A stretch of 64,000 bases of DNA. Source: Microgenomates group bacterium GW2011_GWC1_46_15. GTDB taxonomy: Bacteria > Patescibacteriota > Microgenomatia > UBA1400 > UBA12028. The stretch covers positions 67,827 to 131,826 of the forward strand of contig LCLX01000002.1 of NCBI GenBank assembly GCA_001002285.1, written 5' to 3'. The notes under the pieces were generated by a model. The model did no database searches, was not told the DNA's origin, and worked only from the letters and a program-made list of their open reading frames with translations. The position numbers and the translations under genes were made by a program. Shown piece by piece: positions 47,994 to 57,709 of this stretch (positions within the stretch are counted from its first letter, which is position 1; each line of letters starts with the position of its first letter).

Positions 47994-48524
47994 ATGCTCT
48001 CCCAAAGCGATAAACAATGGATCACCGGACTGTTGTCTGGATTTGCTAAAAAGACAGACCTTGAGCAGTTTGCCAAAAAAGCTGATCTCGAAGCGTTCGC
48101 AACCAAGAAAGACCTTGAACGGTTTGCAACGAAAGAAGAAATTCGTGCCGATTTTGCACAGTTCAGAAATGAGGTCCGTACCACCGTCCGAACCGATTTG
48201 GAAAAATTTAAGAAAGACATACACGCCTCATTGGATGCTGATCTAGCTAAGTTTAAACACGCCATGTATGTTATGGTGCAAGCCCAACTCAAAAAATCCA
48301 GAGAAGATATGCGCGATGATTTCATTCAATTCAAGGAAAAGTTGTTCTTGACCGTTCGATCGGATATTGCACAGTTTAAAGATGATATTCTCACTGAACT
48401 CCGCCCTCTGCAAGATGACGATACTGTCCTTACTTTTCAGATTAGCGGACATACAGAAATTTTGGAAAAACATGAAAAACGGCTCACAATTCTGGAGAAG
48501 AATAAGCCGAAGATTTTACACTAA
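47994..48524 (+). CDS. Hypothetical coiled-coil protein with tandem approximately 11-residue KxDLExFAxK repeats
   Basis: KKTDLEQFAKKADLEAFATKKDLERFATKEE... Promoter-like TTGACG-17-TAAAGT with an inverted repeat (gagag..ctctc) in the spacer lies upstream. Confidence 0.4.
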   Translation: MLSQSDKQWITGLLSGFAKKTDLEQFAKKADLEAFATKKDLERFATKEEIRADFAQFRNEVRTTVRTDLEKFKKDIHASLDADLAKFKHAMYVMVQAQLKKSREDMRDDFIQFKEKLFLTVRSDIAQFKDDILTELRPLQDDDTVLTFQISGHTEILEKHEKRLTILEKNKPKILH

Positions 48525-48593
48525 GTTTACGCTAAAATTTCAATGAGCATCACCTCTTGTTTCCACCCTATTTTTACGATAGAATAGCCCTCT

Positions 48594-48911
48594 ATGAAAA
48601 CAGGTATCCATCCGACATGGAATCACCAAGCAACCGTTACGTGCGGGTGCGGTAATACGTTCAAGACGGGGTCCGTGAAGGATACGATCGTTGTGGACGT
48701 CTGCTCCGCGTGCCACCCTTTTTACACCGGAAAAATGAGATTCCTTGATACGCAGGGCCGTGTAGAACGCTTCTCTATGAAACGCACTGCCGCTGCGCAA
48801 ACAGTAAGAAAATCCAAGAAAAAGTCCGACAAGAAAGAGGAAAATCCGCTTTCTTTGCGCGACATGCTCGAGCAGGAAAAGAAAAAGCTCGTGTCTTCCA
48901 AAGCCAATTAG
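48594..48911 (+). CDS. rpmE: 50S ribosomal protein L31 (Zn-ribbon type) with a Lys-rich C-terminal extension
   Basis: [13 protein letters not shown]...[16 protein letters not shown]. About 35 extra C-terminal residues. Confidence 0.8.
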   Translation: MKTGIHPTWNHQATVTCGCGNTFKTGSVKDTIVVDVCSACHPFYTGKMRFLDTQGRVERFSMKRTAAAQTVRKSKKKSDKKEENPLSLRDMLEQEKKKLVSSKAN

Positions 48912-48983
48912 CTCTCTATATTCAGGCATACTTCCCCGCAACCGCGGAGGAATATTTGCGTACTCAGGAGAAATCCCACTACA

Positions 48984-49940
48984 ATGCATACAATGAACAG
49001 CGTAAATCCTTTTCAGCAGCAGATCGAGGATATTGACCGGCGGATTGAGGAAAACACGCGGCTGAGTTCCGATCCCGAGTTGAGTGCGCTGGCGCTGGAG
49101 GAAATCCATACGCTCGAGGAACAAAAAAAGACGCTAGAGGAAGCGGCAACCTCGATTGAGTCTTCAAAGCAACGCAATGTTGAGACACGTGCAACGTTCA
49201 CAAACTGCACAATCGAAATCCGTTCCGGCGCCGGTGGTGAGGAAGCAAAAATCTGGGGCGATAACTTGGGACGCATGTACACTCGCTACGCCGAGCTTAA
49301 GGGCTGGAAAACGCTCGAAATTGACGACGGCGTGATCAAGATGATTGGAAAAGACGCGTACGAAACGCTTAAATATGAGTCTGGTGTGCATCGCGTCCAG
49401 CGTGTTCCAGAAACCGAAGCGCAGGGCAGGATTCACACTTCAACCGCTTCTATTGTGGTGTTGCCGGAGGTTTCACAAACCGCCGTGGAAATCAAAGACG
49501 ATGACTTGGAATGGCAGTTTACGCGTGCTGGCGGACACGGCGGGCAAAACGTGAATAAAGTCAGTAGCGCGGTGCGGTTGACACACAAGCCCAGCGGTCT
49601 CGTTGTGGAGTCCCGCCGGGAACGGTATCAAGCGCGAAATCGCGATTTGGCATTAGAGATTTTACGCGCGAAACTCTGGGATATTGAAGAGGAAAAACGG
49701 TTGGCACAAACCGGACAGCTGCGGTCTGCGGCAGGCCGCGCGATGCGGGCAGAAAAAATCCGCACGTATAACTATCCACAAAACCGTGTGACCGACCACC
49801 GCATCCACGTGTCCTGGTACAATCTTGAGAATATTCTTGAAGGAAATATGCAGGAAGTTATTGATGCGCTTCACGATCCGAAAAACTGGGAAGACAAAGG
49901 TTGTGCTGAGAGTGCTGGCAACGAACCACAAGATGAGTAA
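48984..49940 (+). CDS. prfA: Peptide chain release factor 1
   Basis: GGQ motif ([11 protein letters not shown]). Codon-recognition tripeptide region [16 protein letters not shown], which is RF1-like PxT with x=E. No SPF motif. Confidence 0.75.
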   Translation: MHTMNSVNPFQQQIEDIDRRIEENTRLSSDPELSALALEEIHTLEEQKKTLEEAATSIESSKQRNVETRATFTNCTIEIRSGAGGEEAKIWGDNLGRMYTRYAELKGWKTLEIDDGVIKMIGKDAYETLKYESGVHRVQRVPETEAQGRIHTSTASIVVLPEVSQTAVEIKDDDLEWQFTRAGGHGGQNVNKVSSAVRLTHKPSGLVVESRRERYQARNRDLALEILRAKLWDIEEEKRLAQTGQLRSAAGRAMRAEKIRTYNYPQNRVTDHRIHVSWYNLENILEGNMQEVIDALHDPKNWEDKGCAESAGNEPQDE

Positions 49941-49955
49941 TATTTGCGCGTCGCG

Positions 49956-51137
49956 TTAATCCGTTGATTTTTTGAGCGTTGCGGTAATAGTAGATGTTTT
50001 CTTCTCTCTCCAATACTCCAGTGTTACGATATCGCCAATTTTTTTCTGCGAAACGAAGCTTGCAATTGAACCCGTGTTTTCATTCACTGCTTTTCCATCG
50101 AATTTTGTGATGATATCACCCTGCTTGAGTCCAGCCTCTTCCGCAGCACTTCCTGGTATAACTTCGACAACGTACGCTCCTTCTGGCACGTCGTTTAACA
50201 ATGCCGTTTCTTTTGGAATTACTCGATACCGCACGCCAAAAAATGGCCGGTCAAATTGGCCAGTTTTATTGAAGTTATCCAAACTCGCTTTGACCACATT
50301 GATCGGAAGCGCAAACCCAACGTTTTGCGCTGACTCTGCAACCGCCACACTCACTCCAATTACTTCTCCGGAGCTGTTGAGAAGCGGCCCGCCGGAGTTG
50401 CCTGGATTAATCGCCGCATCTGTTTGGATCACATCGTCTAAACGCTCCGCAAAACCACCAAGACCATCGCCAGCGTCAATCCCACGACCTAAACCTGAAA
50501 TCACTCCCGTGGTTACAGTGTGCCGGAACTCACCCAGCGCCGTACCGATCGCGATCACAAACTGGCCAACCTTGAGATTGTCGGAGTTTCCCAAGGTAAG
50601 CGGTCTCAACACGGCATCTACTTTTAATATCGCCAAGTCGTTGACAGGATCGCGGTAAATATTTTTAACTTCGTACTCTTTATCATCTTTGGTAACGATC
50701 TTGTAGCTCGCGGTGGTATCGGCAACGACATGTTTATTCGTCACAATGAGGCCTGATTGATCAATGATAAATCCTGATCCAATGTCTTTTTTAATCGTCT
50801 GTTTTTGCGGTGTTTGCGGAATACCAAACGTACCAAATGGATCCATAAAGAAGGTAGGCTGTTGAACTTGCTGCTTGGTAATCGACACCGTGATTACCGA
50901 ATCAGAAGACTGCTGGGCAACATCAATCACAATGTTTTCTTCCATCACTACTTCCTTCGTTTTTTGGAACGGCGATAATCCGGAGGAACCAAGCCGCGGG
51001 AACAGTATGTCAAGTGGTTTTACTACAAACAACCGGTCGGCAATCGCGCCGCCCAACGCGGAGATGATGATTAACAACACAATACCTACGGTAAAAAAGA
51101 CCTTAAGCTGAGGTTTCGAAAACTTTATTATGGGCAT
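49956..51137 (-). CDS. HtrA/DegP-family serine protease with a PDZ domain
   Basis: Catalytic triad context TNKHVV, GNSGGPL. C-terminal PDZ. N-terminal TM anchor. Confidence 0.8.
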   Translation of the reverse strand: MPIIKFSKPQLKVFFTVGIVLLIIISALGGAIADRLFVVKPLDILFPRLGSSGLSPFQKTKEVVMEENIVIDVAQQSSDSVITVSITKQQVQQPTFFMDPFGTFGIPQTPQKQTIKKDIGSGFIIDQSGLIVTNKHVVADTTASYKIVTKDDKEYEVKNIYRDPVNDLAILKVDAVLRPLTLGNSDNLKVGQFVIAIGTALGEFRHTVTTGVISGLGRGIDAGDGLGGFAERLDDVIQTDAAINPGNSGGPLLNSSGEVIGVSVAVAESAQNVGFALPINVVKASLDNFNKTGQFDRPFFGVRYRVIPKETALLNDVPEGAYVVEVIPGSAAEEAGLKQGDIITKFDGKAVNENTGSIASFVSQKKIGDIVTLEYWREKKTSTITATLKKSTD

Positions 51138-51162
51138 ACCAAAAATTATTTATACCACATCT

Positions 51163-52428
51163 CTACAGCGTGTCCAATGCTTTTTGCAATGCCTCATCCA
51201 CATCTTTTGTGTCTGGGTTATCAACAATCTGAACATCTGGAGCTATGCCTTTTTCATGGATCCATGCGCCCGAGGGAAGCAGCCATTTTGCCACGGTGAT
51301 GTGAAGACCGGCGCCGTCCGGCAGATCATCCTGTGCATCCTGCACCGTCCCCTTCCCAAATGTATTCTCACCAACGAGTTTTGCGCCACGGCGGTCGTGA
51401 AGCGCGCCCGCCACAATCTCGGATGCCGAAGCACTCCCCTTGTTCACCAACAGGACCACCGGCATATTGACAAGTTTTCCCTGTTTATTGACGGTGTACT
51501 CCTGTTTTTCGTTTCTCCCCTGCTGAGTGACCACAACACCGTCACGAATAAACTCGCTGGCAATTGAAATTGCCTCTTGGAGGTACCCTCCAGGATTGTT
51601 GCGCAAATCAAGAACTACACCCGCCACATCAGTTTTGTGCGAAATGATATCGGCTATCACCGCATTCCATTCCGTGTCCGTGCGGTCGCCAAAACGCGAC
51701 AGTGTGATATCGGCAACTTTTTTCTTTCCTTTATCGAGATACTTGAGCTCGACCGATGGTATGGTGATGGTGTCGCGGGCCAACTCTTTTTCTTCTGGTT
51801 TTCCATCCTCGCGGAGCATTGTTAAGATTACTTTCGTTCCTTTCACACCGCGGATAAGGTCAACCGCCTCTGGAAGTGAAATTCCAGTTGTATCGCGGTC
51901 TACATTTTTTTGCGTATCTTTGATCCGTATAATGTAGTCGCCAGCACGAATATCTGCTTTTTCTGCGGGATGATTTTTAAGCGGCGCCACAACCACTAAT
52001 ATGTCATTCTTGAAACCCAGCTGAATACCAACGCCATCAAACGCTCCCTGTAAATCCTCAGCGCTCCGCTTTTGTTCTTCGGGCGGAAGATACACAGTAT
52101 ATGGATCACCTAGCGCCGCGGTCATGCCTTGAATTGCGCCGTACACCATTTTTTTGGCATCAAGTTTTTCGGGATCAACGTATGACTGCTCCAACCGCCT
52201 CCATACAACCCAAAACTGTGAGAAATCAACTTTTGAACTGTAGTCCGTTGGAACACTGGTGTTCACAATCCGCGAAATCTGCGGAACTGACTCAATAACG
52301 GTTGAAATGAGCGGGATTTTAACACCACGGCCAAGTTTGAAACCCAAAACTCCGCCAAGTACAATTAATAATGCACCTATAATGAACGACCGGACGTGCT
52401 GGAATTTTTGCTTTGGGACGAGGACCAT
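51163..52428 (-). CDS. ctpA: Carboxy-terminal processing protease (S41 family)
   Basis: PDZ plus the S41 core GVVLDLRNNPGG. The catalytic Ser/Lys dyad region is conserved. Confidence 0.8.
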   Translation of the reverse strand: MVLVPKQKFQHVRSFIIGALLIVLGGVLGFKLGRGVKIPLISTVIESVPQISRIVNTSVPTDYSSKVDFSQFWVVWRRLEQSYVDPEKLDAKKMVYGAIQGMTAALGDPYTVYLPPEEQKRSAEDLQGAFDGVGIQLGFKNDILVVVAPLKNHPAEKADIRAGDYIIRIKDTQKNVDRDTTGISLPEAVDLIRGVKGTKVILTMLREDGKPEEKELARDTITIPSVELKYLDKGKKKVADITLSRFGDRTDTEWNAVIADIISHKTDVAGVVLDLRNNPGGYLQEAISIASEFIRDGVVVTQQGRNEKQEYTVNKQGKLVNMPVVLLVNKGSASASEIVAGALHDRRGAKLVGENTFGKGTVQDAQDDLPDGAGLHITVAKWLLPSGAWIHEKGIAPDVQIVDNPDTKDVDEALQKALDTL

Positions 52429-52441
52429 GTCCTTTAGTGTA

Positions 52442-52669
52442 CTACAGCGTTGCAACGAATGGCAATAAAGCAACATGGCGTGCGCGTTTGATTTGTCTCT
52501 CGAGAATGCGCTGTTGTTTTGCTGTTAATCCCGTGCGTTCGCGGTCCATGATTTGACCGCTTTCGGTCATAAACCTGTGCAAAAGATCAACATCTTTATA
52601 GTTGAAGACAAGGCTTTCTGCTTGCTTCTTGGACTCGATCACGGGTTTCATTGGTTTAATAAATGGCAT
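52442..52669 (-). CDS. rpsR: 30S ribosomal protein S18
   Basis: [24 protein letters not shown], typical S18. Confidence 0.85.
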   Translation of the reverse strand: MPFIKPMKPVIESKKQAESLVFNYKDVDLLHRFMTESGQIMDRERTGLTAKQQRILERQIKRARHVALLPFVATL

Positions 52670-52694
52670 ACTGTTTTCCTTTCAAGAATATATG

Positions 52695-53246
52695 TTAAAA
52701 CGGAATATCGTCACTAATATCTTCAGCGACTACCGGCTCGCTTTCTTTTACAGTGTCTTCACTCGCACCTTTTTTCTTGCGTTTTGATTTCGACGCTGGA
52801 GCAGCTGGCGCTGCTTGCGTGGCATCTGCTGACTTGGTATCTGCTTTATCGTTGGACGGATACGCGTATGACGATGTGTCTCCCGCATCTCCCGCAGCAG
52901 CGCCTTTGTTGCTGTCCAAGAGAATCATGTTGTCCATGACGATCTCTGTGACGTTGCGCTTCTGGCCGTCCTGGCCTGTCCACTCGCGTGTTTGAAGACG
53001 GCCTTCAACGTAGACCTTGCGGCCTTTTTTCAAGAGCTGTCCACAAATCTCGGCAAGTTTTGACCATGCGACGAGGCGGTGAAACTCCGTTTCTTCGTTC
53101 CGCTCTCCCCCTTCACCTGAAGTCCATGAACGGTTGGTTGCGAGCCCAATTGTGCAGACCGCTGTACCCTGTGGTGTGTACCGCAACTCAGGATCTCGTG
53201 TGAGATTTCCGATGAGCAGAACCTTGTTTAATGAACGTGATGACAT
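52695..53246 (-). CDS. ssb: Single-stranded DNA-binding protein
   Basis: OB-fold N-terminus (LNKVLLIGNLTRDPELRYTP). Flexible linker. Acidic tail ending DDIPF. Confidence 0.85.
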   Translation of the reverse strand: MSSRSLNKVLLIGNLTRDPELRYTPQGTAVCTIGLATNRSWTSGEGGERNEETEFHRLVAWSKLAEICGQLLKKGRKVYVEGRLQTREWTGQDGQKRNVTEIVMDNMILLDSNKGAAAGDAGDTSSYAYPSNDKADTKSADATQAAPAAPASKSKRKKKGASEDTVKESEPVVAEDISDDIPF

Positions 53247-53267
53247 ACTACCTTTCCGGGGTCAGGA

Positions 53268-53564
53268 CTACGCCTGTTCCTCCGCTATAATGAATACATG
53301 GCGGATGACTCCATCCGTCTGCAGAACATCGCGTTCGGCAGCTTGTGCCTTCGCGGTATCCAGCGAAAAGTAGTACACACTGTAGACCGCATCGGTAAAT
53401 TTCTTGATTTTGTATGCCATCGACCTACGGCCCCAGACATCAATTTTAGAAACTTTTCCCTCTGCGGAGGTAATAATTTTGGAAACTTTGTCTTGCAGTT
53501 TTTGCAAGGCATCAGAGGTGAGTTCAGGAGAGAACAACACCATCAACTCATAGTTCTTTATCAT
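53268..53564 (-). CDS. rpsF: 30S ribosomal protein S6
   Basis: MIKNYELMVLFSPEL... Leads the rpsF-ssb-rpsR operon. Confidence 0.85.
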   Translation of the reverse strand: MIKNYELMVLFSPELTSDALQKLQDKVSKIITSAEGKVSKIDVWGRRSMAYKIKKFTDAVYSVYYFSLDTAKAQAAERDVLQTDGVIRHVFIIAEEQA

Positions 53565-53577
53565 GTACAGTCCTTTC

Positions 53578-53673
53578 TAGCTCGTAGGTATTGGATCCTT
53601 ACTGGTCCTCCAGAAGGACGAGCTACGTTTTGTGTACAGCGCGCATTGTACCAAAACTTTTCCTCTGGGGCAA
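53578..53673 (-). promoter_or_regulatory. rpsF promoter (TTGCCC-17-TACAAT) and structured 5' leader hairpin abutting the SD
   Basis: On the minus strand, the -35 rc sits at 53668..53673 and the -10 rc at 53645..53650. A 48-nt extended hairpin (tagctcgt..cctt/ctgg-agga-ccag/aagg..acgagcta) spans 53578..53625 directly upstream of GAAAGGA-N7-ATG. Confidence 0.35.
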
Positions 53674-53781
53674 CAACAGAATGTGTACTACTTGTCTTAT
53701 AGTACATGCGCGACCTTACAAAGACCTTACGAAAATGAAATTGGTCTGTACTTGGCAGATGTGCGCTGAGGTTGAATGGCT

Positions 53782-54879
53782 TTAGCTTCCAATCAAAAAC
53801 TCCACCACATCGCCATCCTGCATGATGTACTCTTTCCCCTCTTGCTTGAGCTTGCCTTGTTCGCGCACACCTTTCCATCCACCACAAGAAATAAAATCAT
53901 CAAGCGACGCGATGTTTGCTTTAATAAACTTTTTCATAAAGTCCGTGTGGATCTCGCCTGCCGCCTCAACTGAGGTTGCACCAATACGGACCGTCCACGC
54001 CCGCACCTCTTTTTCGCCGGCGGTTAAAAAGGACTGTAAACCAAGCGTGTGGTATGCTGAACGGATAAGTCGCTCCAATCCACTTTCTGTAATCCCGAGT
54101 TCTTGTAAGTATGTTTTTTGTTCATCTTCCGACAACGCCGCCACTTCACTCTCCAGTTTCGCCGAGATCACGACGCACAACTCGGGATCAACGCCAAGTT
54201 TTTCACCAAACGTTTTCTGCAACTCTAGCGCGCGTGACGCATCCCCCTCATCAATGTTGCACAAAAACAACGCTTTTTTCGCGGTCAACAATCCCAACTC
54301 CTTACCGACTTCCCGCTCTTCATCGGAAGACAAAATCTCGCGCGCAGAAATGCCACTGTTCAACCCGTACTTGAGTTTTTCAACCACTTCCCACCGCAAC
54401 TTTGTTAATGCATCAGTGACACCTTTTGGCTCTTTTTGCTTTTCAATCGTGGCGTAATCAACAAGCTGGAGTTCAGTTTCAACCACGCGGAAATCACTCA
54501 AAAGATCGGTTGCGCCAGCACGGATAATATTTTCATCAGAAAACGCGCGGAGCACATGCACAATCACCGCAACTTCGCGGATGTGTGAGAGAAATTTATT
54601 TCCTAAGCCCTCGCCCTTGGACGCGCCTGCCACTAAGCCAGCGATGTCCACAAACTCAACCGTCGCGGGAACTTTTGGGGGCAACACACCAGACTCTTTT
54701 TGAATAACCTCGGCAAGTTTGTCTAAGCGCGCATCTGGAACAGGCACAATTCCAATATTAGGTTCGATCGTTGCAAACGGATAGTTTGCAGCAAGCGCCG
54801 CCTGCTTTTTGAGAAGCGCGTTAAATAACGTGGACTTACCCACGTTTGGAAGACCGACTATACCTACAGAAAGATTCAT
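53782..54879 (-). CDS. ychF: Ribosome-binding ATPase YchF (Obg-family GTPase-like)
   Basis: VGIVGLPNVGKSTLFNAL. TGS domain at the C-terminus. Confidence 0.85.
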   Translation of the reverse strand: MNLSVGIVGLPNVGKSTLFNALLKKQAALAANYPFATIEPNIGIVPVPDARLDKLAEVIQKESGVLPPKVPATVEFVDIAGLVAGASKGEGLGNKFLSHIREVAVIVHVLRAFSDENIIRAGATDLLSDFRVVETELQLVDYATIEKQKEPKGVTDALTKLRWEVVEKLKYGLNSGISAREILSSDEEREVGKELGLLTAKKALFLCNIDEGDASRALELQKTFGEKLGVDPELCVVISAKLESEVAALSEDEQKTYLQELGITESGLERLIRSAYHTLGLQSFLTAGEKEVRAWTVRIGATSVEAAGEIHTDFMKKFIKANIASLDDFISCGGWKGVREQGKLKQEGKEYIMQDGDVVEFLIGS

Positions 54880-54940
54880 GAGGGTATTCTAATTCAAAGA
54901 CTTAAAAATAGCCAAAACCAAGTGTACGATATACATAGGA

Positions 54941-55423
54941 ATGATACACAAAGATTATCTCAGAAGCAGTGTCTTCGGATTCGAAGACGCTCTGGTCTCT
55001 ACGACTGGAGTGGTCATTGGCATTTCAACTGGAACTTCAAACATAAAGTTTATTGTCCTCGCGAGCCTTGTCACCATCGCCGTTGAGGCTGTTTCTATGG
55101 GTGCTGGACAATTTTTGAGCGAACGGACTTTGCACGAAGCTGATAAGAGAAAGCATCGCGACAGTCTTCTCATGGGTTCGGTGATCATGTTCTTTTCCTA
55201 TTTTTTCGGTGGCCTCATTCCCATTTTTCCTATTTTCCTTCTCCCCCTTCCTCTAGCAATTTTTCCCATTCTCTTCCTCGCTTTCTTGAGCCTCTTTATC
55301 TTAGGGTATGTGAAAGGATTAATCGTAGAAATTTCTCCGACACGAAGTGCTTTAGAAATGCTTTTCGTTGGAGGCCTCGCCACAATCATAGGTGTCATCG
55401 CAGGATACTTTTTAAGAGTGTAA
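54941..55423 (+). CDS. VIT1/CCC1-like membrane protein (possible metal transporter family)
   Basis: 160 aa. FGFEDALVSTTGVVIGIS resembles the VIT family N-terminal helix. About 4 TM helices. Confidence 0.35.
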   Translation: MIHKDYLRSSVFGFEDALVSTTGVVIGISTGTSNIKFIVLASLVTIAVEAVSMGAGQFLSERTLHEADKRKHRDSLLMGSVIMFFSYFFGGLIPIFPIFLLPLPLAIFPILFLAFLSLFILGYVKGLIVEISPTRSALEMLFVGGLATIIGVIAGYFLRV

Positions 55424-55460
55424 AGGTTCTCGTTCAATAATTTTTACGTGAAGAAAAATC

Positions 55461-55811
55461 ATGGTATATACTGTGTGTATGGAGATATTTCGTAAAAAGC
55501 ACATCTCTCTCCCTCTCCTCGGATTTCTTCAGGCACTCGGGGTAACAACGTACTGTTCGCTTGTCGGCCTTTTCATGACTCACGCAAACAAGTGGTTTCC
55601 AACGCCGCAAGTGTTTCTTGGTCCCGCCACATTTCTTCTGCTTTTTATTGTTTCCGCGCTCATCACCGCACTCATTGTGTTCTACAAACCCTATCTTCTC
55701 TTTTTCGAGAAAAAACAAAAAACTCAAGCGCTCCGGCTTGTCATGTATACAACAGCGTGGATTGCAATATTTTTCTTTCTTTTCCTTATTGGAGTTGCTC
55801 TATTGAGGTAA
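55461..55811 (+). CDS. Small hypothetical membrane protein
   Basis: 116 aa with 3-4 TM helices. Confidence 0.3.
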   Translation: MVYTVCMEIFRKKHISLPLLGFLQALGVTTYCSLVGLFMTHANKWFPTPQVFLGPATFLLLFIVSALITALIVFYKPYLLFFEKKQKTQALRLVMYTTAWIAIFFFLFLIGVALLR

Positions 55812-55815
55812 ACAT

Positions 55816-56118
55816 ATGCCTAAAATCATTCTCATCCTTCTTGTTATTCTCACCATTACTGGATACATCCGCGTACCGTTCACACATATATCGTTATTCA
55901 CGATTGCCGGACGCACGGTTACGCTCAACGATGTGCTGATTTTTGCGGTGGTCATGTGGTTAATTGATATTCTCCCATCACCACTCCGTGAGATTGCAAT
56001 TGTTGCGCTGTTGGTGTGGATCTTGGCGACGCTCGGCGTGATCGTGATCGCGGGACTTCAACAGATCGTCCTTATCGCGCTCATTGTGGGACTGATCGCG
56101 TATCTTTTCAAAAAATAA
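55816..56118 (+). CDS. Small hypothetical membrane protein
   Basis: 100 aa with 3 TM helices. Confidence 0.3.
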   Translation: MPKIILILLVILTITGYIRVPFTHISLFTIAGRTVTLNDVLIFAVVMWLIDILPSPLREIAIVALLVWILATLGVIVIAGLQQIVLIALIVGLIAYLFKK

Positions 56119-56149
56119 CAGTCTTGTGTTGGATTATTGAATCGCTGAA

Positions 56150-57709
56150 CTAATGTGTGTTCTGTGTTTCCGCACCCAACGCCGTTTTCTGACGGATCGG
56201 CGACGGATTGAGCGCGTGGTACTCTTCCAGCGTCTGCACCGCGCGGAACACAAACGACAAAATAATATCTTCCGTTAGGTTAAACACGTTGAATGGAATG
56301 GTTGGAACACCATAGGGTAAGTACGTCATGTCTGCTGAGTCTGTTTCGCCCTCTACAAACGAAGGCAAGTTGAATGGCAGCATCTTTCCATCTAAGTACT
56401 TTGTGCGCGCGGAAGCTTCTCCACCGTATGGCTTGAAAAACTTCCCTGCCGGATCCACACAGTACAACATCCCACCGGGTGACTCGATCGTCCCGCCGCC
56501 AACGATGCGCGAGACGCCAATTCCCGTTGCACCCAATGCCAGGGTGGTCGCGATGTGGTCACTCGCTCCGCCTTCGACAATAATGGGCAAAGAAACTTCT
56601 CCGCGAAGCTTCCATACGAGCTCTGGCCAGTCAATGACCGAACCGCTGCGTACGCCGGTAATGCACCGCCCTCCTCCACCAATGCCAACGTAAAATCCAT
56701 CCACCCCCGCTGCTTCCAGTGCTTTCGCCTGTTCTACATCAACAATTTGGCCTGCAAAAATTTCGACATTACCATCATAGATTTTCCGTAGTTGCTGGAC
56801 GGTGTGTAATGCACCAAGTCCGGGTTCCGGCGAGTACACGCGGAACACGCGGATGCCGGCCTCATACAACGCCTGCGCGCGCTGGAGCGCTTTTTTGGGC
56901 TCGGTTTCCAGAACACCCATGAGGTTGTGTCTCCATTGATCCAATAAGAAACGTTTGTCCTCAGTACTGCGTCCAATCAATACTTCACTCTCTTTGAGCG
57001 CGTTTAACGTTTCGCGCACAAGGTCCGCTTGGCGTTTGACCGAAGAAAACGGCCCATTGCGTGGAACACCGACTAAACAGTGGCACTGTGCCATGGTTGA
57101 GAGCGCGGAAACACTCCCGTAAATATCCGGCATCGCGGAACCCACTAAAATAGACCGGGCCCGGCGGCCGAGTTTTACAAACGGCCCGTGTAAAAATCGT
57201 TCGGTGCGGGAAACACGCTGGCGGTCGGCGCCAACAACCGAAACACCTAAGTCAGCAATAGACGCCGCCAAACCACGCCTGATCATTGCGTCCATAACGT
57301 CACTAGAAATTTTTGGCGCAGGAACAAATGTGCTTTTCTGCACTTTTTTAAGTTCGATTAATCGTTGGGGGTGGTTAAATAGCTCCAAGAAATATTGACG
57401 CACGCGCAAAATGTGCACCATCTCCTCCGGTTCAATCATTGCTTTACGGACACATGGCAAAAAGTCGAATGGGGTTGTAAGCATACCCTGGCTTGGGTAT
57501 GCGTTTGTGCTTTCGCGGCTTTCAACATACCAAAACCGCAGATATGAAGAAGCGTCGCGTTCAAATGGGGCTAATTTTTCTTGAATGAACGTTTCCCACA
57601 TGCCGGCGTCGCGGAACGTGTCGAACTTGGGCAAAGGCTGATTACTGCGTGTACGTCGTACCACGGGGCGGTTCGTTGCACGGCGGCGCGTTTTGCGTTT
57701 AGTTTTCAT
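56150..57709 (-). CDS. IMP dehydrogenase/GMP reductase-family TIM-barrel protein with an atypical basic N-terminal region
   Basis: C-terminal barrel with GIGGGGRCITG (compare the IMPDH active-site loop GIGPGSICTT) and a GGxxS phosphate-binding region. The N-terminal 280 aa is not recognisably IMPDH/CBS-like. Start chosen at the ATG forming an ATGA overlap with the cysS stop. Confidence 0.5.
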   Translation of the reverse strand: MKTKRKTRRRATNRPVVRRTRSNQPLPKFDTFRDAGMWETFIQEKLAPFERDASSYLRFWYVESRESTNAYPSQGMLTTPFDFLPCVRKAMIEPEEMVHILRVRQYFLELFNHPQRLIELKKVQKSTFVPAPKISSDVMDAMIRRGLAASIADLGVSVVGADRQRVSRTERFLHGPFVKLGRRARSILVGSAMPDIYGSVSALSTMAQCHCLVGVPRNGPFSSVKRQADLVRETLNALKESEVLIGRSTEDKRFLLDQWRHNLMGVLETEPKKALQRAQALYEAGIRVFRVYSPEPGLGALHTVQQLRKIYDGNVEIFAGQIVDVEQAKALEAAGVDGFYVGIGGGGRCITGVRSGSVIDWPELVWKLRGEVSLPIIVEGGASDHIATTLALGATGIGVSRIVGGGTIESPGGMLYCVDPAGKFFKPYGGEASARTKYLDGKMLPFNLPSFVEGETDSADMTYLPYGVPTIPFNVFNLTEDIILSFVFRAVQTLEEYHALNPSPIRQKTALGAETQNTH

